DNA of 55,688 bases, from IMG/VR virus record IMGVR_UViG_3300033127_000028, positions 1 through 55,688 of that record; one strand, given 5' to 3'. The DNA is from a virus. Position numbers and translations under genes: made by a program. Of this stretch, positions 35,339-44,226 are shown in pieces (position 1 is the first letter of the stretch; the number at the start of each line of letters is the position of its first letter). The notes under the pieces are model-generated. The model ran no database searches. It was not told the origin of the DNA and saw nothing but the letters and a program-made list of their open reading frames with translations.

Positions 35339-36103
35339 ATGCAGCATACATGCAGCTTTGATAAACCAGTTAGAACATGTGATTATACCTGCTTTGCTTG
35401 TACCTTCATGCATGGTCTTGAAAGTGGGGGCAGAGGAGGTATGTGGGCTACTACAGGAGTGCCTAAGAATTACAGGGGGGCTAGGTTAGACAACCTGCCC
35501 ATCAAAGAGGATAACCCTAGAGCCTATGAATTGATTACAAAATACATTGAAAATGTGCTGATGTTTGTGCAGGAAAAAAATGCAGGATTACTGCTTTACT
35601 CTGTGCCTAGCAATGACAATCCCTTTGGCACAGGTACTGGAAAGACTACCACTGCTGTCACAGTTTTAAATCACTTTCTAATTGAGAGGAGTAGGGCTTA
35701 TTTAAAAGGTCAGCAGCAAATGAAAGATAATCCTGTGATCTTTGTTAAGTCTACTGAAATGCAAAACTCTTTTAATGCTCAATTCAGAGGAACAAGAGAT
35801 ATGCAGGATGAGGCTAGTAAAAGGTACTACAGCCTGAAAAATGCAGTTAAAAAGACTGAGCTTGTTGTACTAGATGACATTGCTACTAGGGGCAGCAGAA
35901 TCTCTGAGGCTTATGAAGATGAGCTGTATGAGATTTTGGACTACAGGTCAACTAATGGTCTGACTACTGTCTTTACAAGCAATGTGGGCTTAGATGAGCT
36001 GTCTAATTGCTTGGGGGAAAGGATTGCTTCAAGGATTGCAGGCATGACAGTAAAGGTAGGCTTCACAGGTAAAGATAACAGGCTTGACAGCCTATTTAAG
36101 TAG
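35339..36103 (+). CDS. DnaC/IstB-like AAA+ helicase loader
   Basis: Walker A GTGTGKTT, Walker B LVVLDD and a Cys-rich N-terminus. Confidence 0.6.
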   Translation: MQHTCSFDKPVRTCDYTCFACTFMHGLESGGRGGMWATTGVPKNYRGARLDNLPIKEDNPRAYELITKYIENVLMFVQEKNAGLLLYSVPSNDNPFGTGTGKTTTAVTVLNHFLIERSRAYLKGQQQMKDNPVIFVKSTEMQNSFNAQFRGTRDMQDEASKRYYSLKNAVKKTELVVLDDIATRGSRISEAYEDELYEILDYRSTNGLTTVFTSNVGLDELSNCLGERIASRIAGMTVKVGFTGKDNRLDSLFK

Positions 36104-36115
36104 GGGGCAGCATTC

Positions 36116-37381
36116 ATGAGCATGATAGAGCATCAGCTAATTAGTAAAGTGCTAGAAGAAAATAACTTTCATATTTTAAATAAATACAATATCAAACAGG
36201 TGGATTTTTACAATATCCCTGAGGTCTATGAGTTTGTACAAAAGTACACTCAGGAACATGGTCAAACTCCTGACTATAGAACAGTAGTAGCTAACTTCCA
36301 GTCATTCACTTATATGCCTGAGACAGTTGATAGCTTTGCTTACTTGGCTAAGGCTTTAAAAAACACCACAGCCAGTAGGGAAGCAGTTATGCTGCTGCAA
36401 AAGCAGGCAGGTAAGAAGTATGAGGAGCTTAAAGGGGTAGACTTTGTAAACTGGATGGCAAATGAGGTCAATAGAATTAAAGACATGACTAATGCTGACA
36501 GCTATTCAGGGGCTAACTATGCTGTGAATGGTCAAGAAAGATGGGATACCTATGAGGATGGTAAGGAAAACAGGTCATTTAAGTTTATTCCTACTCCATA
36601 TGAAAGCCTGACTAAGTGGTTAGGTGGGGGGTTTGAGCTAGGTGATTACATTCTATTACAAGCCTACACAAACAGAGGTAAGTCTTGGATAGCTTCACAT
36701 ATTGGTACTACAGCATGGCTGCATAAGTTTGGTGTGCTGCATTACTCTCCTGAGCTTTCAGAAGTACAGCAGTCACAAAGGAATGACACTTTAATTGGTC
36801 ATTTCAATAATGTGAATTTGAAACTAGGGCAGCTTGAGGATGAGGAAGCTTATCAGAGCTTTCTTAATGAGTTTAATGAGACTAATGAGACACCTTACAT
36901 CATTAAAACAATGGAGCATTTACCTAATGGACTGTCTCTTGAGGTGATTGAGGCTGATCTACAGGCTAATCCTAATGTAAATATGGTCATCATAGATGGC
37001 TTTAACTTGATGTCTCACTCAGGTAAAGGAAGTAACAGAGACAGCATGTCTACTACAAGTAGAAAGCTAAGGCAGATTTTTGGTAGACATCAGGTGGCAG
37101 GTCTTGTAGTCCATCAGACTCCTACCTCTGCTGAGAAAGAAAATAAAGAAGATGATGAGACAGGAGCAAGAATGGTCAAGCCTCCTGAAATTCATCAGTA
37201 CTCTGAGACTATTGCAGTTATTCAGGATGCTGCCACTGTCCTCAGTTATGATCAGTTGGATGGTGTTGGTAAAATTCTACTCAGTAAGACAAGGACTCCT
37301 AATGTAAATAAAGAGCTTACTCTACATTGTGACTACAATCATGGGTATATCAAGGAGGCTACTGCCATTGATTACATCTAA
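36116..37381 (+). CDS. Replicative DNA helicase (DnaB family)
   Basis: YTNRGKS P-loop, the MVIIDGFNLM Walker B region, and 421 aa. Confidence 0.75.
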   Translation: MSMIEHQLISKVLEENNFHILNKYNIKQVDFYNIPEVYEFVQKYTQEHGQTPDYRTVVANFQSFTYMPETVDSFAYLAKALKNTTASREAVMLLQKQAGKKYEELKGVDFVNWMANEVNRIKDMTNADSYSGANYAVNGQERWDTYEDGKENRSFKFIPTPYESLTKWLGGGFELGDYILLQAYTNRGKSWIASHIGTTAWLHKFGVLHYSPELSEVQQSQRNDTLIGHFNNVNLKLGQLEDEEAYQSFLNEFNETNETPYIIKTMEHLPNGLSLEVIEADLQANPNVNMVIIDGFNLMSHSGKGSNRDSMSTTSRKLRQIFGRHQVAGLVVHQTPTSAEKENKEDDETGARMVKPPEIHQYSETIAVIQDAATVLSYDQLDGVGKILLSKTRTPNVNKELTLHCDYNHGYIKEATAIDYI

Positions 37382-37427
37382 TAATTTTGGATTGCAGATA
37401 AAGAAGGATTTAGGAAAGGGTGTCAAT

Positions 37428-37625
37428 ATGACTTATCAAGTATTTAATCAGAGTTTAGTAGGTAGGAGGGTGCTGCTGAGAGAATGCAGTAGACTTGCCT
37501 CAGTGGTACAGGATGGTTCTCATTCTGCTGTACCCTTCCTAGCTGTTAGGAAAGATCATGAGCCTAGTTTTGTGACAGTTTTGAAACTAGATGAGGTGGT
37601 TATTGTAGGTGAGGTGCAGGATTAA
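37428..37625 (+). CDS. Hypothetical protein (65 aa)
   Basis: ATG after AGGAAAGGG. The stop overlaps the primase start. Confidence 0.4.
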   Translation: MTYQVFNQSLVGRRVLLRECSRLASVVQDGSHSAVPFLAVRKDHEPSFVTVLKLDEVVIVGEVQD

Positions 37626-38578
37626 TGGCAGTACTGATAAATGGGCAGGAGTTAGAGGTTGATATTGCTGAGGAGCTTGAGCCTTATACAGACTCATTCC
37701 CAAAGTACAGGACTAGAGGCAATAAGCTACAGTCTTGCTCTCCCTTTAGAGAGGAGAATAAACCCTCATTCGCTGTAAATTTAGAGGATGGTACTTGGAT
37801 AGACTCAGGTGCTTATGATGAGGATTGGAGAAAGGGTAACTTTATCAAGCTCCTCTCCTTTCTCATGGGTGTCACGTATGATGAGGCTAAAGATTACCTG
37901 TTTGAGAAGTACAGAACTATCTATAGTGATATGGATAACTTTAAGCTAGACATATGGCTGCCTGAGCTTGAGAAGCCTTACAGGACTGTCTCTAAGGAGG
38001 AGTTTTCCTCTTATCTATACAGAAACCCTTACCTCTCTAACAGGGGCATTACAGAGAAGGTACAGAGGGCATTTAAGATTGGTTATGACATTGAAAAGCA
38101 GGCTATTGTGTTCTGTTGGTTTGACAAGGATGGGCAGATCATAAACCTTAAATTCAGATCAATCAATGATAAAAGGTTTTGGTACTTAGAGGATGGACAG
38201 CCCATCAAGCAGCACATATATGGCTTACATTTTATCATTAAAGGAAATGTTAAGAGGGCATATGCTGTAGAATCAGAGACAGATGCTCTATACCTGTGGT
38301 CACATGGGATACCTGCTCTAGCCTTTGGTTCTGCTAGTATGAGTAATGCTCAGGAGAAACTTTTAATTAACTCACCTATAGAGGAGTTAGTAATAGCTAC
38401 AGACAATGATAATGCAGGGTACAGGTTTAGAAAGGACTTAGAGAGAAGGTTAATGGGTGTACTAGACCTGTATCTACTACCTATCCCATATGGTCTAAAG
38501 GATGTAAATGATATATCTTCAAACATTATTAAAGAGGTTGCAGGAAATGTGGAAAGGTTAGTACCTTCCTTTCTGTAA
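37625..38578 (+). CDS. DNA primase (Toprim)
   Basis: CSPFREENKPSFAVN zinc-finger-like N-terminus. Toprim motifs VESETDALYLW and IATDNDNAG. Confidence 0.7.
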   Translation: MAVLINGQELEVDIAEELEPYTDSFPKYRTRGNKLQSCSPFREENKPSFAVNLEDGTWIDSGAYDEDWRKGNFIKLLSFLMGVTYDEAKDYLFEKYRTIYSDMDNFKLDIWLPELEKPYRTVSKEEFSSYLYRNPYLSNRGITEKVQRAFKIGYDIEKQAIVFCWFDKDGQIINLKFRSINDKRFWYLEDGQPIKQHIYGLHFIIKGNVKRAYAVESETDALYLWSHGIPALAFGSASMSNAQEKLLINSPIEELVIATDNDNAGYRFRKDLERRLMGVLDLYLLPIPYGLKDVNDISSNIIKEVAGNVERLVPSFL

Positions 38579-38704
38579 CCTCTTTTTTTACTTTTGTACT
38601 AGGACTTTAGACTTATTTTAACCTATGTAAGAAAGATGGAAAAAGGGTGTGAGGCTTAGAGGGTTAAGGGGTTTGGGATTTGAGTGATTTTTGAGACAAT
38701 TTAA

Positions 38705-38718
38705 AGAACAGGTGTTCT
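38705..38718. promoter_or_regulatory. LexA (Cheo-type) SOS box
   Basis: AGAACAGGTGTTCT matches GAAC-N4-GTTC, at the head of the 450-bp regulatory region before the sigma gene. Confidence 0.5.
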
Positions 38719-38750
38719 GTTAAAAAAGTCTTGTCTCATAATTACACATT

Positions 38751-38988
38751 AGTGTAATATGTATTTATGATATGAAATTACACATAAGTGAAATCCAGTG
38801 ATACATAATACATCATAGGTGTATTCACTAAAACAAAATACAGTAGAACAATAAGAGGGGGGATGCCTTTATCTTTAGCATCCTTTACTTTTTTATTGCC
38901 TTCTTAATTACAGATACCTGTAATTTGTCTATCTGACATATTACTGGGGTGTATTTATTGCTGTCATTTAACTTACAGATATGTGTAA
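38751..38988. promoter_or_regulatory. Cluster of at least four operator palindromes upstream of the sigma-factor gene
   Basis: ATTACACATTAGTGTAAT (38751), ATTACACATAAGTGAAAT (38787), AATTACAGATACCTGTAATT (38906) and TTACAGATATGTGTAA (38973). Confidence 0.6.
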
Positions 38989-39027
38989 TTCTCACTCATA
39001 AATAAAAAATAAAAGAGGTTATTACAC

Positions 39028-39765
39028 ATGAAACAATTAGAATCTACTCAACTAACTAACGCACAGATTGATGCTCTAGCAATGCAATACAAGTCTACAG
39101 GGGATGATCTTACCTTTAATGAATTAATGGCAGCAGTCCAAGACTTAGCAGATCATATTGCATGGAAGATGTACAGCAGATCAAGAGGGCTGCACCTTGA
39201 TAAATCCATTTATGAGCAAGAGGCTTACTTAGCTGTATATTTCTCTATTGAGTCTTATGATTCTGCAAAAGGAAGCTATTTCACTGCACACCTGAAAAGA
39301 AATATTGAATGGAGAATACAGGACAATATCTTTAAAAACTCTCAAAGAAAAATACAGCAATTCCATACTCAAGCCCTATCACTAGATGTGATGGTGGGTG
39401 ATGAGACTTTCCTTGATGTTGTAGAGGAGCAGGTTGCTACATCCATTGACTTAGTTTTTGATACTGTCTCAGACAATGTAAACCCTGACCACAGTCCTAA
39501 CATTATCTCTCTTACTAATGAGATCATTGAAGGATTTTCTCAGGAGGCATCTGAGGATGATAAGGCAATAATTGAGACTACCTTTGCTGTCATTCTCTCA
39601 GCTTCTGAGGAAGCAGGAGACATCAAAAGAAAAGTAACTAAGGCTTTGACAGACACTCTAGGTGTTACTGCTGCTACTGCTAGAAAAAAGAAAAGCAGAG
39701 CCTTTGCTAGATTAGAAAAATATGCAGTTACTAAAAACTTTAATTTAGACATGTCACAGTTTTAA
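39028..39765 (+). CDS. Phage-encoded sigma-70-family sigma factor
   Basis: Region-2-like EAYLAVYFSIESYDSAKGSYFTAHLKRNIEWRIQD and region-4-like LGVTAATARKKKSRAFARLEK. Confidence 0.6.
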   Translation: MKQLESTQLTNAQIDALAMQYKSTGDDLTFNELMAAVQDLADHIAWKMYSRSRGLHLDKSIYEQEAYLAVYFSIESYDSAKGSYFTAHLKRNIEWRIQDNIFKNSQRKIQQFHTQALSLDVMVGDETFLDVVEEQVATSIDLVFDTVSDNVNPDHSPNIISLTNEIIEGFSQEASEDDKAIIETTFAVILSASEEAGDIKRKVTKALTDTLGVTAATARKKKSRAFARLEKYAVTKNFNLDMSQF

Positions 39766-39788
39766 GGTGGCTGTCTAACTAAGGAGTG
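39752..39788 (+). promoter_or_regulatory. Class II phage promoter-like element (overlaps the sigma gene 3' end, precedes the tRNAs)
   Basis: TGTCACA-N16-CTAACTAAGGAGTG. Confidence 0.5.
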
Positions 39789-40000
39789 TAAGGGGGCAGT
39801 AAGCTCCCTGACTCCTACTATTTAAAGGTTAGTAACTATAGTTATATCTCCTAACATGGAATATCTTAACACACCTTAGTAGTACTTTACAACTAATTAT
39901 TACATTTAAGTGTGTTTTAGATATATAAATACTTAAATATTTGTATTTTAGATATGTGTATAGGTGTAATTCCCTCTCTTAACTGAGGTTAAACATATTT

Positions 40001-40076
40001 ATCCTAGTAGCTCAGTGGATAGAGCAACTGCCTCCTAAGCAGTGGGTCACAGGTTCAAGTCCTGTCTAGGATGCCA
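40001..40076 (+). tRNA. tRNA-Arg (anticodon CCU, reads AGG)
   Basis: Hand-folded cloverleaf: acceptor ATCCTAG/CTAGGAT, D arm GCTC/GAGC, anticodon stem ACTGC/GCAGT with loop CTCCTAA, T arm ACAGG-TTCAAGT-CCTGT, and an encoded CCA. Confidence 0.85.
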
Positions 40077-40077
40077 T

Positions 40078-40151
40078 ATGAGCTTAGTGTAGTGGTAGCA
40101 TAACAGTCTCCAAAACTGTTGGGAAAGGTTCAAGTCCTTTAGCTCATGCCA
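40078..40151 (+). tRNA. tRNA-Trp (anticodon CCA)
   Basis: Acceptor ATGAGCT/AGCTCAT, anticodon stem ACAGT/ACTGT with loop CTCCAAA, T arm AAAGG-TTCAAGT-CCTTT, and an encoded CCA. Confidence 0.8.
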
Positions 40152-40162
40152 TTTTTTATTAT

Positions 40163-40198
40163 GGAAGGTTTGTAACAGGTTAGAGTCCTGTACCTTCC
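40163..40198 (+). ncRNA. tRNA-like minihelix (acceptor stem + T arm only), or a tRNA remnant
   Basis: GGAAGGT-ttgta-ACAGG-TTAGAGT-CCTGT-ACCTTCC. The T stem is identical to that of the tRNA-Arg. There is no D or anticodon arm. Confidence 0.4.
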
Positions 40199-40258
40199 TA
40201 GCTTAATTAGGACAACCTCTCACAATAATAGCTTATAGGGCTAACAGGAGGAAAAGGT

Positions 40259-40957
40259 ATGTCAGTAATTACAGCTAGAGGAGATCAGGCTAAAGAGAAT
40301 GCCAATAAGGGTAAGGTGGACACTAAAAAGATCATGCTGAGGTTGAAAGATAATCAGTCTCATAAAGTGAGGGTCTTGGGTGTTAAGGATTATGTGGAGT
40401 ACAATGCAGCAGGTGATTACAACTTAGGTTTGTACAACCAACCTGTACTAGACAGCTCTCCATTGCTTGTAGCTCATGCTAAAGGTGGGGAAAAGTTTAA
40501 AGGATTGTACAAGAAACAGAGGTATAGTTTTGTGTTTGCTTCTATGGAGACAGGTGAGCTTGTGGCTCTTGATGTTTCTCAGAATCAGGCTAAAGCAGTT
40601 ATCTCAAGCATTGAGGAGTATGGTGAGCATATTGATAAGTTTGGTTTCAACCTGAAAAGGACAGGTGCTGACACATCTACTAGCTATGCTCTTAATCCTA
40701 TTATTGCTATGAAGGCTGATGAGCAAGCTGCCTTTGATAAGCTTGGTGGCTTAACAGTAGAGCCAGAGTTCTTTGATGCTATCTTGCAACCAAAGGATGA
40801 CAAATTTATTACCAAGCTTTTAAAAGAAGCAGGCTTTGATGTAGCAACTCACTTGCCACACATTCAGCTAGATGAAGAAGAAGGGAAGAAAGAGCCTGAC
40901 ACATCTGCTGAGAAAATTGATGAGTCTAAGGATGAAAATATCCTAGCAGACATCTAA
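40259..40957 (+). CDS. Putative ssDNA-binding protein (gp2.5-like) with an acidic C-terminal tail
   Basis: Acidic C-terminus DEEEGKKEPDTSAEKIDESKDENILADI. Position ahead of the nuclease and RuvC genes. Confidence 0.4.
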   Translation: MSVITARGDQAKENANKGKVDTKKIMLRLKDNQSHKVRVLGVKDYVEYNAAGDYNLGLYNQPVLDSSPLLVAHAKGGEKFKGLYKKQRYSFVFASMETGELVALDVSQNQAKAVISSIEEYGEHIDKFGFNLKRTGADTSTSYALNPIIAMKADEQAAFDKLGGLTVEPEFFDAILQPKDDKFITKLLKEAGFDVATHLPHIQLDEEEGKKEPDTSAEKIDESKDENILADI

Positions 40958-41012
40958 AAAAGAGGGGGGGGCTTATGCCCTCCATTTTTCTGTATATAGG
41001 GAGGCTGAGCAA

Positions 41013-41648
41013 ATGAGAGAATACAAACTTAGTGAAATTGTTGAGGCAATTGAGAAAAAGTTGTTACCTAAGGGGGCAGTATTTTTCTGCAATAACACTG
41101 GAAGTAAGATGGTGTATGATGGGGATTCTTTAAGATGGTTAACCATGAATAGTTATATATCTTCTATTGTGACCATTACAGATGAGACAGCAGGAGATAC
41201 TTTTACTCTTATTAAAGGTGTGGATAATAAACTAAGCTTTACTGCTGCACTACCACTAATTGCTAAAGGTACATCTGTAACTATTGATATGGTACATCAA
41301 AAATATACAGTAGACAGTCTATCTGAGCTTGAGGATGTTATTGAGTGTCATGAGTTCTTAGCTTCTTTGTATGAGGCTGATTGCTATGTAAACTCATTCA
41401 CACAGGTAGAGTCTGTGCCAATTAAAGAGACACCTAAAACAGATAATATGAGGATGCTAACTGAGGGGGATGTGTATGATATTCACCATCAGTACCACTT
41501 CTCCAAAAAACCTGTTAAAGATATTGCAGCAGATAAAGCTGTAACTGAGAGAATGGTTTATTACATTCTTGAGGGTAAAAGATGGGCAGAGGTGCATGAG
41601 CTTTTTCACACAGACTACTGCATTGTAAAGGATGATTATATCCAGTGA
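41013..41648 (+). CDS. Hypothetical protein (211 aa)
   Basis: GGGAGG RBS. The C-terminal segment is possibly HTH-like. Confidence 0.55.
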   Translation: MREYKLSEIVEAIEKKLLPKGAVFFCNNTGSKMVYDGDSLRWLTMNSYISSIVTITDETAGDTFTLIKGVDNKLSFTAALPLIAKGTSVTIDMVHQKYTVDSLSELEDVIECHEFLASLYEADCYVNSFTQVESVPIKETPKTDNMRMLTEGDVYDIHHQYHFSKKPVKDIAADKAVTERMVYYILEGKRWAEVHELFHTDYCIVKDDYIQ

Positions 41649-41776
41649 GTTATATTGGGAAGAAAGCTAATAGCAGATTGCAGTGGGAGATAAAACCCAC
41701 TACAAGAATTAAAGAAAGTAAGAAGAAGTATGACAGGAAAAAAGATAAGCAGACTCTTAGAAAGGGAGACTATTGA
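41645..41776 (+). CDS. Possible small basic protein (43 aa, GTG start overlapping the previous stop)
   Basis: VSYIGKKANSRLQWEIKPTTRIKESKKKYDRKKDKQTLRKGDY, followed by the terminator GAGAC-tattgag-GTCTC plus a T-run. Confidence 0.25.
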   Translation: MSYIGKKANSRLQWEIKPTTRIKESKKKYDRKKDKQTLRKGDY

Positions 41777-41816
41777 GGTCTCTCTTTTTTTATGTAGTTA
41801 ACTCCATAACACATGA

Positions 41817-41853
41817 TGTCACAGTATGTCAATGTTTTTCTAACTAAGGAGTG
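41817..41853 (+). promoter_or_regulatory. Class II phage promoter-like element
   Basis: TGTCACA-N16-CTAACTAAGGAGTG. Confidence 0.55.
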
Positions 41854-41878
41854 AATACTAATTTAAGGGGGATTACCA

Positions 41879-42784
41879 TTGTCTGTAATTAATAAGGGAG
41901 GAGCTGAAAAACTCAGGGCAGAGGTCTTGGGCATTGACACAGCTTCTAAAGGAGAAAAGATGGCTAGAAGTCTATTAGATGATTTTAATAGGCTACACAG
42001 CATTAACAGAATTAAAGAGGATAAAGATATAGAAATGCTGCTTGTAAAGCAAAGGCTGAAAGAGATTGACATGATTGATTCTGAGCCTACTTATCCCAAA
42101 GATAAAGTTAAGTTTAACCCATCAGGAGCAAGCAAGACCATCTATGATCTGTACTTAAAGGGTATGAAGGTTGAGGAAAGAGAAGAAAGATACCCTTATC
42201 ACCAAAGGTGGACAAGAAACAGTACAGCTATTCATGGGGCTACTCAGAGAGACCTGCTTTATATGGAGAAGGTGCTGCCTGACCCTGCATTTACTGTAGA
42301 GAGGACAGATGAGGGGCTGCCTGCTTGGGAGGATAATGTCTTAAAGTGGAAGCTAATTGAACATGATGGAGTAGACTTTATTATCAATGGTAAGATGGAT
42401 GGTATTTTAGTCTATAAAGATGGCACTAGGGTGGGTTATGAGTTTAAAACTAAGTCTAATAGTATTGGTCAGGTAGGCTACTATAAGATGAGAGAAATCA
42501 TTGACAGTCATATTAAGCAGTGTATCTCCTATTACTTGCTGTTTGGTATCAGGGATTACATTGTAATGTATGAAGGGGTAGCTAAAGACCAATGGAGTAA
42601 GGGTGCTGAGGCTAAGCCTGACATCAGGACTTTTCATCTTTATGTGACTGATGAAATGGCAGAGGAAATCTTGGACAAGTTTGCTACTGTCACTAAGCAT
42701 GTAGAGGAAGGTATTGAGCCTGAGGACAAAGAGCTGTCATTTTTCTCAGGGTATAAGTATCTGATGGAAGTAAAAGAAGTATGA
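41879..42784 (+). CDS. PD-(D/E)XK family nuclease (RecB/Cas4-like exonuclease)
   Basis: GKMDGILVY...VGYEFKTKS gives a D...ExK arrangement. TTG start in the track; the start is uncertain. Confidence 0.5.
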   Translation: MSVINKGGAEKLRAEVLGIDTASKGEKMARSLLDDFNRLHSINRIKEDKDIEMLLVKQRLKEIDMIDSEPTYPKDKVKFNPSGASKTIYDLYLKGMKVEEREERYPYHQRWTRNSTAIHGATQRDLLYMEKVLPDPAFTVERTDEGLPAWEDNVLKWKLIEHDGVDFIINGKMDGILVYKDGTRVGYEFKTKSNSIGQVGYYKMREIIDSHIKQCISYYLLFGIRDYIVMYEGVAKDQWSKGAEAKPDIRTFHLYVTDEMAEEILDKFATVTKHVEEGIEPEDKELSFFSGYKYLMEVKEV

Positions 42785-43284
42785 TAGTCATTGCTTTTGA
42801 CCTTTCCTTGTCTAACACAGGTTATGCTGTGGGAGAGGTCAGCAATAACTCTCTTAAACTGATTGAGGTTGGCTCTATTGGTACTAAGAGATTTGCTCAA
42901 AGGTCTACAGGCTTTAGGCTTAATCATATTGCTAAAGAGATCAGGGAGCTTTACAAAAAGTATGAGATAGATCAGGTGGTTAAAGAAAGATCATTCTCTA
43001 ATGCTAGGATTGTAGCTACACAGCAGATATACAAAGTAAATGGAGTGTTTGAGTTGATGACACACCTTGCTAAACTGGATGACTTTGCTGAGATCACTCC
43101 TCCTTCCATTAAGAAGCAGCTTACTGGGAATGGTAGAGCAACTAAGAAGGAAGTAGAGGCAGCGGTTTTGGAACAGTTTAGAGACATCATGGGAGACACT
43201 ACAGTAAAGTTTGCCAACAATGATGAGTCAGATGCTGTGGCTGTATTAATTGCATACTGTAAACAGGAGGGGCTACTAAAATAG
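42781..43284 (+). CDS. RuvC-like Holliday junction resolvase
   Basis: IAFDLSLSNTGYAV, VVKERSF and ESDAVAV catalytic acidic residues in RuvC order. Confidence 0.7.
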   Translation: MIVIAFDLSLSNTGYAVGEVSNNSLKLIEVGSIGTKRFAQRSTGFRLNHIAKEIRELYKKYEIDQVVKERSFSNARIVATQQIYKVNGVFELMTHLAKLDDFAEITPPSIKKQLTGNGRATKKEVEAAVLEQFRDIMGDTTVKFANNDESDAVAVLIAYCKQEGLLK

Positions 43285-43302
43285 CCTCTCTTTTTTTTAT
43301 GT

Positions 43303-43339
43303 TGTCACACTTTGAATAAGGAGAGCTAACTAAGGAGTG
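43303..43339 (+). promoter_or_regulatory. Class II phage promoter-like element
   Basis: TGTCACA-N16-CTAACTAAGGAGTG, directly after a terminator. Confidence 0.55.
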
Positions 43340-43372
43340 AAGGACAAAACAGAATAGAGGAGGACATTTTAA

Positions 43373-43933
43373 ATGTCATTAACAGTAATTACAGGGAGCA
43401 TGTTTGCAGGTAAATCTAAGAAACTAATTGAGCTAGGTAAGGAGCAGGAAGGTAAGGCAGTTCTTTTCATCAAGCCTGCTGTAGATAACAGGTACTCTGT
43501 GGATGAGATTGTTACTCATGATGGAGAGTCAGTTAGAGCTATGGTTATTGACTCTGATACACAGCTTAACATTGCTGATTTTTTCACCATCTTAGGAGCT
43601 AATGTGGTGCTAATTGATGAGGCACAATTTTTCACTACTGACCTTATTGACATGGTTGCATCTATGCTTGAAGAAGAAGATAAAAAAGTGTATGTAGCAG
43701 GTCTTAATTATGACTATAAAGGTAAGGAATTTGAGACTACAGCTAAGCTGATTGAGCTTGCTGATGAAGTGATTGAGCTTACTGCTGAGTGTGCTGATTG
43801 TAAAGGTGAGGCTACTTTAACTGCTAAGACATCAGGCTCAGATAAGAGGGTAGAGCTGGGCAGCAAAGACATCTACAAGCCTGTGTGTGTTAAATGCTTC
43901 AAACATGTAAAGGGGGTGGGATTCAATGAGTAA
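43373..43933 (+). CDS. tdk: Thymidine kinase
   Basis: GSMFAGKSKKLIE P-loop, VLIDEAQFF, and C-terminal Cys pairs CADC...CVKC. Confidence 0.85.
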   Translation: MSLTVITGSMFAGKSKKLIELGKEQEGKAVLFIKPAVDNRYSVDEIVTHDGESVRAMVIDSDTQLNIADFFTILGANVVLIDEAQFFTTDLIDMVASMLEEEDKKVYVAGLNYDYKGKEFETTAKLIELADEVIELTAECADCKGEATLTAKTSGSDKRVELGSKDIYKPVCVKCFKHVKGVGFNE

Positions 43934-44201
43934 GACTATCAAACAATCTCAAAAACATGTATCAAAAGCAGTAGGTGTGTTCTCTCAGGCAGTTAATGAG
44001 GTAGAGAAAGCACAGGCTGTCCTGCAAGAAGGTATCAAGGCTGATACTATGGCAGCTACTTCTAAGCTGAATCAGATTAAGAAGATTGAGAAAGAGATTG
44101 CTGACATTGGAAAGTCCAAAGAGGCTAAAGGTATTGAATATAAGAAAAATGCTGAGCTACTTACTAACCTCAAGCAGTTTACATCAGGTAAAGAGCTGTG
44201 A
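43926..44201 (+). CDS. Hypothetical coiled-coil protein (91 aa)
   Basis: Open frame overlapping the tdk stop. Confidence 0.45.
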   Translation: MSKTIKQSQKHVSKAVGVFSQAVNEVEKAQAVLQEGIKADTMAATSKLNQIKKIEKEIADIGKSKEAKGIEYKKNAELLTNLKQFTSGKEL

Positions 44202-44226
44202 TTTATGTGAGGGGAGAGGGAGGAGA

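Noticed and set aside
44086-44226. The N-terminal 47-aa extension of the dNK track ORF, and likewise the extensions at 110-157, 7567-7596, 20255-20293, 31640-31705, 35315-35338, 37329-37427, 48911-48952, 50829-50870, 54140-54235 and 55258-55320.
   Set aside because: In each case an internal start has a proper AGGAG-type RBS at 6-10 nt, and the upstream part overlaps the preceding gene or a terminator.
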